From contig JBEKEC010000046.1 in NCBI GenBank assembly GCA_050014015.1, positions 2,405-66,404 on the forward strand: DNA of 64,000 nt, read 5' to 3'. Below are positions 19,391 through 27,957 of the stretch, piece by piece. The stretch comes from Tepidisphaeraceae bacterium. GTDB lineage: Bacteria; Planctomycetota; Phycisphaerae; Tepidisphaerales; Tepidisphaeraceae. Position numbers and translations under genes: made by a program. Under the pieces are notes generated by a model. The model searched no databases. It saw only the letters and a list, made by a program, of their open reading frames with translations, and had not been told where the DNA came from. How positions within the stretch are numbered: the stretch's first letter is position 1; each line of letters begins with the position of its first letter.

Positions 19391-20200
19391 TCAGCCCGGC
19401 AGCCGAAATATCTCCTCCAGACTGGGCTGGCCGGGAGCGATCTCCTGGGGTTCGGCCAGGAGTTGGGCGCGGCGGCGAAGCCATTGGGCCAGTTCGATCC
19501 GGTTGGTCTTGAATGCCGCGGCCGCCAACAAGGCCTGCGATCTGGCCGCATTGAGCCGGGGCATCAACTCGCACATCTGCACTTTGCCGCCGACGGCTTG
19601 CAGCATGGACTCCCATGCGCCAATGCGCCAACCGTAGTCAAGTTGCAATAATTGCAAGACCAGGGCCTCGCCAAGGCTGAGGCGATAACGATATAAACGG
19701 GTCATGGCGCCGAAAGCGCCGCGCAGATCGCCGAGGCGGAGCATGGAATCGGCCAGGAGCAACAGGGAATTCCGCGCCAGACCCTGCATGTTGCCCAGCT
19801 TCTGTGACAACACGGCCTGTGAAAGCAGGGCCGATTCCCGCCACCGCTGCTGGGCGTGCCGGAGGACGGCCAGATGATGGAGGCTGAGGATCTTGGCGTT
19901 GCGGAAAAGGGAAAAGGAGCGTAGGGAGGCGTCGATGTGGCTTTCGGCGCGATCGAATTCGCCGGCGGCGATCAGGGAGGGGGAATCGGCGGCGAGGCGG
20001 GTTCCCTGCATGGAGCGGTAGCTGAGCAGGACCCAAATTCCGCCGACCACCAGCAGAATAAACATCCAGCTCTGATGCGATCCAAACAGAGGCGCGGCAA
20101 AAACACAGACCATGGCGGCAACCAGGAGGGCGAAGCGGACAAGCGCGGCGATGGTGAGATCGCGTCGGAATCGGGTGATGGCCACGTCAACGGGAAGCAT
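19391..20200 (-). CDS. Hypothetical 2-TM plus TPR-like protein
   Basis: 269 aa with two N-terminal TM helices followed by a helical repeat region. It is tightly packed with its neighbours. Confidence 0.5.
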   Translation of the reverse strand: MLPVDVAITRFRRDLTIAALVRFALLVAAMVCVFAAPLFGSHQSWMFILLVVGGIWVLLSYRSMQGTRLAADSPSLIAAGEFDRAESHIDASLRSFSLFRNAKILSLHHLAVLRHAQQRWRESALLSQAVLSQKLGNMQGLARNSLLLLADSMLRLGDLRGAFGAMTRLYRYRLSLGEALVLQLLQLDYGWRIGAWESMLQAVGGKVQMCELMPRLNAARSQALLAAAAFKTNRIELAQWLRRRAQLLAEPQEIAPGQPSLEEIFRLPG

Positions 20201-20203
20201 TGT

Positions 20204-21100
20204 TCACGCCACCTCCGCCGGCGCGGGCGCGGGCTTGTATTTCGACGTCAGGGGCGTGATTTCGGGATACCGGCGGATCAATTCGGGCAAGGGCATCAGC
20301 ACGGTGGCGTTTTCGTAGGCGGCCTGTGCGTCGCGCGGGCGATCGAGCAGGTCGTACGCCCGCGCCGCCAGCGCCCATCCATCGGCGACGCGATGGCCGA
20401 GTTGCCGGCGCAGCACGTCGCGGCGTTTTTCGAACATTTCGATGGCCTCGGCGGGATGGCCGGTCTTCACGTCGCGATAGATTTCCACGAGCGCCAGGCC
20501 GGCGGATTCGACGCCGCGGCTGGAGCGGCGCAGCTCGGAAATGGCGCGGTCGGCATCGAGAAGATTGTCCTCGCGGAGCATGGCCATGGCCCGGCCAAGC
20601 CGCACGACGTGATCGGTCGCATCATCCAGGGGTATCTCGCCGAGGATGAAGTCGTGAACGGAGACGGAATCTTCGAAGCGGTGATACCGAGCCAGGACCA
20701 TGGCCAAAAAGAGCAGGGCCTGCGCCCGCGCCAGGGGCGAACGTGCGGGGCGAGACAGGAGCGATTGCAACAGCAAACCCGCCTCGGGCCAGCGGCGAAG
20801 CTGGATCAATTCGTCAACCGCGCCGACGGCGGCCTGCTCGGCGCGGGCCCGGCGAACGCTGACAAATCCGCTCAGGGTGATGCTGGCTACGAAACCCATG
20901 AGTCCGAAGGCGATCACCGATTCGAGCAGGTCTTGCGTTTGCGCGGATTGCGACGAGTGACCGACAAGCCAGGATAGAACGATGGTCAGCACGAATCCCC
21001 CGATGAGGAAATGCAGCCAGGGCGTCCTGGGCCGGGGCTCGCTGGCTTGGAGCAGGGTCGGAACGTCGAGAAATGGGGGCGAGCATTCCATAGCTTCCAT
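20204..21100 (-). CDS. Hypothetical 2-TM plus TPR-like protein (same architecture as 19391..20200)
   Basis: 298 aa with two TM helices followed by a TPR-like region. Its stop lies 3 nt from the downstream start. Confidence 0.5.
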   Translation of the reverse strand: MEAMECSPPFLDVPTLLQASEPRPRTPWLHFLIGGFVLTIVLSWLVGHSSQSAQTQDLLESVIAFGLMGFVASITLSGFVSVRRARAEQAAVGAVDELIQLRRWPEAGLLLQSLLSRPARSPLARAQALLFLAMVLARYHRFEDSVSVHDFILGEIPLDDATDHVVRLGRAMAMLREDNLLDADRAISELRRSSRGVESAGLALVEIYRDVKTGHPAEAIEMFEKRRDVLRRQLGHRVADGWALAARAYDLLDRPRDAQAAYENATVLMPLPELIRRYPEITPLTSKYKPAPAPAEVA

Positions 21101-21105
21101 GGATT

Positions 21106-21921
21106 CTAGGCGAAGTGGCGGAGATTGGAAGCGGGCAAAAGGGTCGAGGCGATCGGCCGCGAAGGGTCCCTGCCAAATTCAGCGGCGGTTTGGGCGATGT
21201 CTTTCTGAATCTGGAGCTTCAGCGGCTCGATGCCGCCGTAGGCTCGCTGAGGGCGAATCCAGTCGACAATTTCGACGCTGAGCGTGGCGCCGTAGAGGTC
21301 GCCGTGGAATCCAACCAGATGGGCTTCGATTTGCCGGACGTTGTCGCCGAAAGTCGGCATCGTGCCGATGCTGACCGCCGCGGGATAATTTTTGCCGGCG
21401 ACGGTACACCGGCCGACGTAAACGCCGTCGGCGGGGATGAGTTGGTCGTCGCATTTGAGATTGGCGGTCGGCACGCCCAGCGATTTGCCGCGGGCAAAAC
21501 CCTTCTGCACGGTGCCGCTGAGAGCGTGGGGCCGGCCCAGGCAAATCGCGGCATCGCGAACGCGCCCGAAGGCGAGAAGAAAGCGGATGACGGAACTGCT
21601 GACGGTGGCGATCTGCAAATCCAAGAGGGATACCTGAACCGATTCGGCCACGTGCAGTTTCACGTTGGAGGAGGCCGACCATTGTCCGAGCATGGGGACC
21701 GTACCCAGCGCTCCGCGTCCGAACCGGAAGGAAGCGCCTTCGACGAGATCGGAAACGGCGATTCGATCTTTAAGAATGTTCCAGAAATCCTCGGCGGTCA
21801 GATCGAGCACGGATTTTTCGGGAGGCAGAACGACCAGGTAATCCGCCCCCTCGGCCTGTAGCAAAGCCTGCTTGACGTCGGGCGGCGTGAGCCGCGGCGG
21901 CACGGACTGCGGCCGAAGCAC
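21106..21921 (-). CDS. ribF: Riboflavin kinase / FMN adenylyltransferase (RibF), N-terminally truncated as readable
   Basis: The riboflavin kinase domain is present (GKSLGVPTANL..GVYVGR..SIGTMPTFG..IEAHLVGFHGDLYGATLSVEIVDWIRPQRAY). The first canonical start is GTG 21921, inside the duplicated segment. The upstream frame stays open but has no ATG/GTG/TTG. Confidence 0.75.
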   Translation of the reverse strand: MLRPQSVPPRLTPPDVKQALLQAEGADYLVVLPPEKSVLDLTAEDFWNILKDRIAVSDLVEGASFRFGRGALGTVPMLGQWSASSNVKLHVAESVQVSLLDLQIATVSSSVIRFLLAFGRVRDAAICLGRPHALSGTVQKGFARGKSLGVPTANLKCDDQLIPADGVYVGRCTVAGKNYPAAVSIGTMPTFGDNVRQIEAHLVGFHGDLYGATLSVEIVDWIRPQRAYGGIEPLKLQIQKDIAQTAAEFGRDPSRPIASTLLPASNLRHFA

Positions 21922-22019
21922 GGTCAGGGGATGCGGCTCGAAGGTGACGAAGACCAGTTCGGCCTTTCGCTGTGCGGCAACGTCTCGCGCGGTTTTGAAA
22001 ATCCGCTGATGGCCGAGAG
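21897..22019. repeat. 123-bp direct repeat, copy A (ribF 5' coding segment)
   Basis: Identical base for base to 23595..23717 on direct comparison. It encodes ..LGHQRIFKTARDVAAQRKAELVFVTFEPHPLTVLRPQSVP on the minus strand. Confidence 0.9.
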
Positions 22020-22369
22020 AATCTGCATCGTGCAGGGAGTATATCGGATGGAGGCTGGCGGGGAACGGGAAGGAAAGAGTACGTGTTATTCTTGGACGAA
22101 GCCCCCGAAGGGCTGCTGGATGATTTTGGGGGGAACCTCAATGCCAGCGCGGCGATGGCGGTGACGAAGCAATTTTGGAACCGGAATCACAAGGAAGAAC
22201 CCGACGGCGGCGCCGTGGGCGTTTTTCGAGGGTTACGACGTGCAGAGACAAGGGCATTTACCGCCTGGACCGCCCTACCGCCTGGCGGATCTTCCTCGAT
22301 GAACGAGATCCACCGCTTTCTTTGTCTCATCTGGCAAGTGCGCCGGAGGGTTGGCGCGCGCTAATCCAG

Positions 22370-23533
22370 TCATGGCACCGTCGCTGGCGCATATTGCAAC
22401 TGATCTTCCTGGCTGAACACCGCATAGATAACAACTGTCGGAGGAGACGTTGACGCGACGAGCGTCTTGAGGTCATTGACATCCTTGCGTGTCGGCACGA
22501 ATCCGCTGATGCGGAGACTTCCGCCGGAAGCGGTAAAATCGGTGAACGAAAGATTGGCAAAGCGAGCATCGTTCGCAAGAGCGCGCCGGACCACCGGAAT
22601 GTGCGCCCGCGCCTTGTCCATATTGCGCGATTGCAAGTTGGCGGGGCTGAACGGGTAGTAGATGATCGTGGCAACCACGAGCAGACCAACTGTGACGAGA
22701 AACGTCTTACGCCGTTGGAAAAATCCCGCCTGCACAGGTGTTGTGCTAACCTGCACGGGTGTTGCGCTAAAGCGATTACGGATTCGTTGAAGCAAAAAGA
22801 GGTAAATCAGGGCGCAGAAGAACGAGGCGAATCCCGCCCAGCCTGCATAGGCATCGTAGCTGGCAAAGGCACTTAGGAAGTAACCCAGCCTCCCCTGGTT
22901 TGCCCGATTCAGAGCGTCACACTCCACCGCATTAACCAAGACCACCGTGACAAAAGCCGTGTAGCAAAGCGAGAAGACGATCTTCATTATCGCCGCGATG
23001 ACGGTCAGATTCGGGCCTCCGGCAATCTCGTACAGCGTGGGCACGTCTGGGCGATCATGCGCGATATTGCTGAGATTCGGAATCCGCACAAGCTGGCCCA
23101 AGTGTGAAAACTGCGCGACGGCTCCCGTTACAACACCAGCCGCTGTGATGCCGATCAGCCATTCCCCCCACCGCGCCATCGGCCCGGGAAGGATGAGGAA
23201 GAAAATGATCGCATCAAGATTGACGATCCCTATCGGCATCGTAAGTCGGACAATTCGCCGAGCCAGCGATTGCGCACCCCCGCCCGGTTGGACAGCGGTA
23301 ATTAACCAAGTACCTTGGAAGACAAGAACATCCCCACCCAGCATCAATACAAGCGTGACTACAAGACCTACCGGGCCAACATTCCAGAAGATCAAATCCC
23401 CGGCGACGAGCGAAAGGATGAAGAGCCCAGATCCGAGAATGCTCAACGACGCCCCAGTCGCCAGATTTTGCGCCCATCGATTGAGGCTGCGCGGCGTTTC
23501 GTATTCAAGCACGTTTTCCGATGAACCCGCCAT
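22370..23533 (-). CDS. Hypothetical polytopic membrane protein carried on the insert between the ribF repeats
   Basis: 387-aa ORF with about 8 hydrophobic helices and a ~90-aa soluble C-terminal domain. I recognise no family. Confidence 0.6.
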   Translation of the reverse strand: MAGSSENVLEYETPRSLNRWAQNLATGASLSILGSGLFILSLVAGDLIFWNVGPVGLVVTLVLMLGGDVLVFQGTWLITAVQPGGGAQSLARRIVRLTMPIGIVNLDAIIFFLILPGPMARWGEWLIGITAAGVVTGAVAQFSHLGQLVRIPNLSNIAHDRPDVPTLYEIAGGPNLTVIAAIMKIVFSLCYTAFVTVVLVNAVECDALNRANQGRLGYFLSAFASYDAYAGWAGFASFFCALIYLFLLQRIRNRFSATPVQVSTTPVQAGFFQRRKTFLVTVGLLVVATIIYYPFSPANLQSRNMDKARAHIPVVRRALANDARFANLSFTDFTASGGSLRISGFVPTRKDVNDLKTLVASTSPPTVVIYAVFSQEDQLQYAPATVP

Positions 23534-23580
23534 GCGCGTATTCTAATCTTGATCGTACCCACGGCAAAAATCAGGGCCGT

Positions 23581-23777
23581 TCAGGGGCGGGCAAGCGGCA
23601 CGGACTGCGGCCGAAGCACGGTCAGGGGATGCGGCTCGAAGGTGACGAAGACCAGTTCGGCCTTTCGCTGTGCGGCAACGTCTCGCGCGGTTTTGAAAAT
23701 CCGCTGATGGCCGAGAGGAACGTTCTCGGACGAAACCCTCGGATGGCCATCGAGGGCTTGGGGATTGCGTTCGCGGC
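23581..23777 (-). pseudogene. ribF: ribF 5' fragment (upstream copy), ending just after the repeat
   Basis: It reads ..ENVPLGHQRIFKTARDVAAQRKAELVFVTFEPHPLTVLRPQSVPLARP*. It diverges from the downstream copy exactly at the repeat edge and hits TGA at 23581. Confidence 0.55.
23595..23717. repeat. 123-bp direct repeat, copy B
   Basis: Identical to 21897..22019. The plus-strand ORFs 21931..22164 and 23521..23781 share the peptide MRLEGDEDQFGLSLCGNVSRGFENPLMAER. Confidence 0.9.
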
Positions 23778-25379
23778 CTAGTTCGGCTTGCTGGGGGCGG
23801 GAGTCAGTTTCCAGGTGGTGAACGCGCGCTTTTCTTGTTTGAAGGTCAGACCAGTCTGTTTCGTGATGTTGTCGAGGATTTGCTGGCGGCGGGCGAGTTC
23901 GGTGTCGGCGTGAACGATCGAGTGGGAGAGGGCCCAAGCGATTTTCTTCGGCTCATGATTGGCTTCGTCAACGATGGGGATGCCGAGCATTCCGCCGAGC
24001 ATGCTCCAAAGATCGGCGGGACTTGTGGTGCCGCCGCCCTCAACCGAATCGCCGGGTTTGGGGTGGTCGAGAACGTCGGCGAAGATTTGCAGATCGCCGA
24101 TTGTGGCGTCGGGAATTCGCCGCAAATGGTATCTGCCGGTGGCGATCATGGCGTCTTTGATGACTTCGATCCTTTCGTATCGCACGTCGATTTTGAATTG
24201 CTGGAGGAGGATGGTGTGGAGGTCGGCGAGAATGGCCTCCGTGGTGGCGCCGTCGCGGACGATCCAGTCGCCGTTGGCGTTGATGTCGGGGATGCCCACG
24301 ATGGAGATGTGGTGTCCGTCGAGATTGGCACAAGCCATAAGGACTGAGGGAAGATCGACGCCCGGGGGTCCATGGGCCATCATCCACTCCCGCTTGAGCG
24401 TGCCGTTGATCCAGCGCCATTGGATGAATGGCATGGGTGTGTCAATGTTCTCGACTTCGTGCAAGTATCGTTGGCGCTCCGGAAGCGGGGGCGGAGGAAT
24501 GAATTTGAGGTTTTGGTCGGGCGCAAGTGCGTAGGCGTTGTAGAAGGCGGTGCGCCAGTCGGCGGGATTCGTGGCGGGAGCGGCGGGTTGCGAGGTCGGC
24601 ACCGCACTGGCCGGCTGCGTTGCGGACGTTGGTGAAATCAATTCGATCGCGCCCGCGATCAGTGCTGTCAGGGTAATGGCGGCAAAGGCGATCTTGATCC
24701 AGAGTGGAGCGTTGAAAAGAGAGGAAGCCATGGCCGTGCCGGCGGAGGCGCCGGATAGGCCGATCTTGGCCAGTTCGGTGGTGAGCGTCGCGGGGATAAA
24801 TGGTTGGGGGATTTTCCCAAGTGTGAACGCAAGCAAGGGCGCCGGGGCGACGTACCCGCGATTGGCCAGACGCCGGCGCAGTTCGTCGACGGCGGCATTG
24901 ATTCGGCGAAGGACGGTGGGCTGGGAAACGTCAAGCTGTTCGGCCAGATCGCGCTGACTGCGGCCATGAAGAAAACGTTCGACGATCAGCGTTTGCTGAG
25001 ACTTCGGCAATTCCAGAATCACTTCATCGATGAGGAGGCTGAGTTTGTGCCAATCTTCACGCTCGGCGTCGTGGATAAAGGATTCGGCCGGAGCGGCCAA
25101 GGCTTCGTGGCGACGGCGGGTTTGGTCGCGGCGGATGAGGTCGTTGGCGGTGTTGACGGTGGTGGTATAGAGCCAGGCGGCCAAGTCGCGGCGAATGGCC
25201 CCGGCGGCTTTGGCGAGCTTGAGAAAGGTGAGTTGGACGACATCTTCAATGTCTTCGGCGTGGGCAAGCCGGCGGGCGGCCGCGGAGTAAATCATACGCT
25301 GATAATGTTCGACCAGGACACGAAAAGCTTCGGCATCCCGGTTGGAGGCATATTCGCGGAGGGCTTGCTGGTCGGTCAT
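23778..25379 (-). CDS. ECF-type sigma-70 family sigma factor fused to a TM helix and a ~270-aa C-terminal extracytoplasmic domain
   Basis: The N-terminal sigma2/sigma4 regions are present (..FRVLVEHYQRMIYSAAARRL..; ..LPKSQQTLIVERFLHGRSQRDLAEQLDVSQPTVLRRINAAVDELRRRL). They are followed by the hydrophobic helix LWIKIAFAAITLTALIAGAIELI and a long C-terminal domain. Confidence 0.85.
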   Translation of the reverse strand: MTDQQALREYASNRDAEAFRVLVEHYQRMIYSAAARRLAHAEDIEDVVQLTFLKLAKAAGAIRRDLAAWLYTTTVNTANDLIRRDQTRRRHEALAAPAESFIHDAEREDWHKLSLLIDEVILELPKSQQTLIVERFLHGRSQRDLAEQLDVSQPTVLRRINAAVDELRRRLANRGYVAPAPLLAFTLGKIPQPFIPATLTTELAKIGLSGASAGTAMASSLFNAPLWIKIAFAAITLTALIAGAIELISPTSATQPASAVPTSQPAAPATNPADWRTAFYNAYALAPDQNLKFIPPPPLPERQRYLHEVENIDTPMPFIQWRWINGTLKREWMMAHGPPGVDLPSVLMACANLDGHHISIVGIPDINANGDWIVRDGATTEAILADLHTILLQQFKIDVRYERIEVIKDAMIATGRYHLRRIPDATIGDLQIFADVLDHPKPGDSVEGGGTTSPADLWSMLGGMLGIPIVDEANHEPKKIAWALSHSIVHADTELARRQQILDNITKQTGLTFKQEKRAFTTWKLTPAPSKPN

Positions 25380-25431
25380 GGTGCATCCTTACTCATTACG
25401 GTCCACCATAACAGACGCACGGGAATGGGAA

Positions 25432-26655
25432 ATGATACGGTCATTGACAGGGTTTGGCATCGTCATAGAGTTGAATCCAGGACACTTCTTTACCATGTGC
25501 ACTTTCAGCGGAGGTGCGGCGAAGGTGAGTGGCGAGCGTTCATCTCGGTTGGCGAAGCGCGTCGTATCATTGGCATGGTCCGTGGGGGTGGTGTTGCTAA
25601 TGCTGGCCACGCCCGCCGGGGCAAAACAGTTCTTCGACCATGCGGAGAGCCTGGTTGCGTCCACGAATAGTACGGAAAAATACCCGATCTCGGTTGATCG
25701 GCCGGGAATGGAATTTGAGGTGCGGGGCAGCATCAAGTTGAGCAGCGGCTTGATCTATGTGCGTGTGCTGGACGCGGCCGGGGCCGTCAAGACCTCATTC
25801 TCGGCTCAGGTGTTTGAGGGAAGGGGAACGGCGGTGAAGCTCGACCCTGGGAACTATACGGTGGAAATACGGGCCGAGAATGCGGTAGGCAACTGGCATC
25901 TGGAAGGTGATGAGACGTCCATTGAATTTAGCGCGGCTCAAATAGCGGGCGGCTTGCTCATGGTGTGCGTCGGACTGGTCGCGGCGGCAATGGCGAAATG
26001 GGTGTGGCGGATCCAGTGGCGGTGGCTGTGGTGCGGCGCGCTGTTGTGGGCCATTGCGGTGGCGGTGAAATTCCTGATCGCGATCCCGCTAAATGGGCCA
26101 TTGCTGGGGGCCTTGCAGAAGCATCTGCCGAAGCCCTTGTATCTGACTCTGGGTTCGAGCTACATCGGACTGCTCACCGGAGTAACCGAGGTGGCGATCA
26201 CGCTGGCGGCCGGTATGGTTTGGCGACGATTGGCCTCCGATGCCCGGCGCGCGATCGGGATCGGATTGGGGGCGGGAGCAATTGAGGCGGTATTGCTTGG
26301 ACTGTCGGTGATTGCCGGAAACGTGGCGATGGCCGCCCAAGGGATGAGCCTTCCGGCGGTTACGGCCACCACGATCCTGGCTCCGACATTGGAGCGGATT
26401 ATGGTGATTCCCTGTCATGCGGTAGTCCGGGCCATGGCTCTATTCACGGTTGCAACGGGGCGCTGGTCGTGGTTCTGGGGCGGCTTCGTCTTTTTCAGCG
26501 TGATTGACGGACTGGCCGGGTTTTACTACCTGATGAATTGGCCCAACACGGTCAATCCGTGGTTGCTGGAACTGCCGTTAATCGTGTTTCCGGTCATATC
26601 GATCCCGCTTCTGCGATATCTCTGGCGGCAATGGGCGACGGCCGCGACGGATTGA
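25432..26655 (+). CDS. Membrane protein with an N-terminal secreted domain and a YhfC-like (putative intramembrane protease family) helical core. The family call is tentative.
   Basis: The start choice (ATG 25432) is uncertain. The core strings GLLTGVTEVAITLAAG...IGIGLGAGAIEAVLLGLS...LERIMVIPCHAVV...FFSVIDG resemble what I recall of the YhfC/PF10086 pattern. Confidence 0.4.
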   Translation: MIRSLTGFGIVIELNPGHFFTMCTFSGGAAKVSGERSSRLAKRVVSLAWSVGVVLLMLATPAGAKQFFDHAESLVASTNSTEKYPISVDRPGMEFEVRGSIKLSSGLIYVRVLDAAGAVKTSFSAQVFEGRGTAVKLDPGNYTVEIRAENAVGNWHLEGDETSIEFSAAQIAGGLLMVCVGLVAAAMAKWVWRIQWRWLWCGALLWAIAVAVKFLIAIPLNGPLLGALQKHLPKPLYLTLGSSYIGLLTGVTEVAITLAAGMVWRRLASDARRAIGIGLGAGAIEAVLLGLSVIAGNVAMAAQGMSLPAVTATTILAPTLERIMVIPCHAVVRAMALFTVATGRWSWFWGGFVFFSVIDGLAGFYYLMNWPNTVNPWLLELPLIVFPVISIPLLRYLWRQWATAATD

Positions 26656-26715
26656 ATGTCGAAGAGCTTGGGGATTCCCAGGGAGTAAACTCCCTGGGCT
26701 TTGGAGGCAGATCGG

Positions 26716-27852
26716 TTACTGCGCGGCGCCGGACAGGGGCTCGGGGCCGAAGATCGCGGGCAAAGCGGGGACGTGAGAGGGATGCCTGGATTTGGGGGCG
26801 CTGGTCACGTCCAGAATCAGGGCGAATAGCCAGAGGATGAGAATCGAGAAAAAGGCCATGGAGATTTGCCAGGCGCCCATCGCCGGATAAGCCGCTGCCA
26901 GGGCGCCCATGGCTTCGACAACCCACAGGTGCAGGGCATAGACGGGCAGGCTCTTGCGGCCGAGGGTTTGAACGAACGCGGCGGCGGAGGTTTCAGCAAT
27001 GTACGGCCAGAGAACGTCGGTCGTGGTGATGATGGCGAAGATGATGCTCAGATAACGCAAGGCTTCGGGGGTTGAAAGGGGAACCTTGACGAAGGCGATG
27101 CCGAAACTCAATTGCGGCATGCCCCACAGATAGCTGTATTCCATGACAAAGAGACAAGCGGCGACGAGCCAGGAACCGGCGGCCAGGAGGGATTTGGCCC
27201 GGTTGGTCAGAGCGTTATAGCGTGGCCAGGCAAAGCCGACGAGCAGGCCGAGGACGAAGACGGCTTGCCAGAGGATCGGGGGAAAGTTCTCGTGTTGGGC
27301 GAGGGCGAGGAACCATGGATGCCACAGCCCCCAGGTGAAAACGGAGACACTGGAGAGGAGGATGGCGATCCAGCCCCATTTTCTGCGAAGGGCATGCATG
27401 AGGAACGGGGAGAGGGCGATCATGATGACGTAAAACGGCAGGAGATCGCCGCCCTCTCTGAGCAATAGGATGTCACGCAGAAGGGGCAGGGGCTGGACGA
27501 AATTTCCGCGCGGTCCCCAGCCCCAGATGATCTCCATAATGATGAGGCCCATGGCGCAGAGATAATTGACGCCGAGGACGAAGGCGGATCGTCGCCAGAG
27601 GGCTTTGTAGGTGGAATTGCGGCGATGGGGGTCGGCGGCTCGGGGCAGGAAGATGACGCCGATGCTGAGTCCGGAGATGAAGATAAACCCCCCCGCCGCA
27701 AAGCGGGTGTAACTGCCCAGCAGATTTCCCAGGAAGTTGCCGAACTGGACGTTCTTGTAGACCAAGTGAACGAGAAGCATGTCGACGAGGCATAGCCCTC
27801 GCCAGAAGTCGAGGCGTTGATCGCGAGACAGGGATTGGCGAGAAGCGGGCAT
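26716..27852 (-). CDS. OpgC/acyltransferase-3-like membrane protein
   Basis: The sequence ..QRLDFWRGLCLVDMLLVHLVY.. is followed by about 10 TM helices. Confidence 0.6.
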   Translation of the reverse strand: MPASRQSLSRDQRLDFWRGLCLVDMLLVHLVYKNVQFGNFLGNLLGSYTRFAAGGFIFISGLSIGVIFLPRAADPHRRNSTYKALWRRSAFVLGVNYLCAMGLIIMEIIWGWGPRGNFVQPLPLLRDILLLREGGDLLPFYVIMIALSPFLMHALRRKWGWIAILLSSVSVFTWGLWHPWFLALAQHENFPPILWQAVFVLGLLVGFAWPRYNALTNRAKSLLAAGSWLVAACLFVMEYSYLWGMPQLSFGIAFVKVPLSTPEALRYLSIIFAIITTTDVLWPYIAETSAAAFVQTLGRKSLPVYALHLWVVEAMGALAAAYPAMGAWQISMAFFSILILWLFALILDVTSAPKSRHPSHVPALPAIFGPEPLSGAAQ

Positions 27853-27957
27853 GGATGCAATAATAATAGGCCGTTAGGCTACGATGCCCCTGGAGCGTTG
27901 GTTACAGTATGGTACTTCACCGAACTGAGCATATCAAGTCCATACGACGGAGAAACG

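Noticed and set aside
22083-22364. A 93-aa plus-strand ORF inside the ribF insert (..VLFLDEAPEGLLDDFGGNL..)
   Set aside because: Only the first ~40 residues look protein-like (Walker-B-like LFLDEA). The rest is low-quality sequence, so it is most likely a fragment of a degraded gene rather than a functional CDS.
23581-23937. The full 118-aa ORF as the true ribF N-terminus, starting at 23937
   Set aside because: It would overlap the 3' end of the sigma-factor gene by 160 nt, and the extra residues (MGPLPLDRSRRHRTRPPPANP..) look like out-of-frame noise. Only the part after 23777 is treated as the ribF-derived fragment.
25342-25431. The upstream extension of the 25342..26655 ORF (MEAYSRRACWSVMVHPYSL..)
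   Set aside because: It would overlap the divergent sigma-factor start at 25379 and precedes the predicted signal or TM segment by an implausibly long leader. The start at 25432 is still uncertain.
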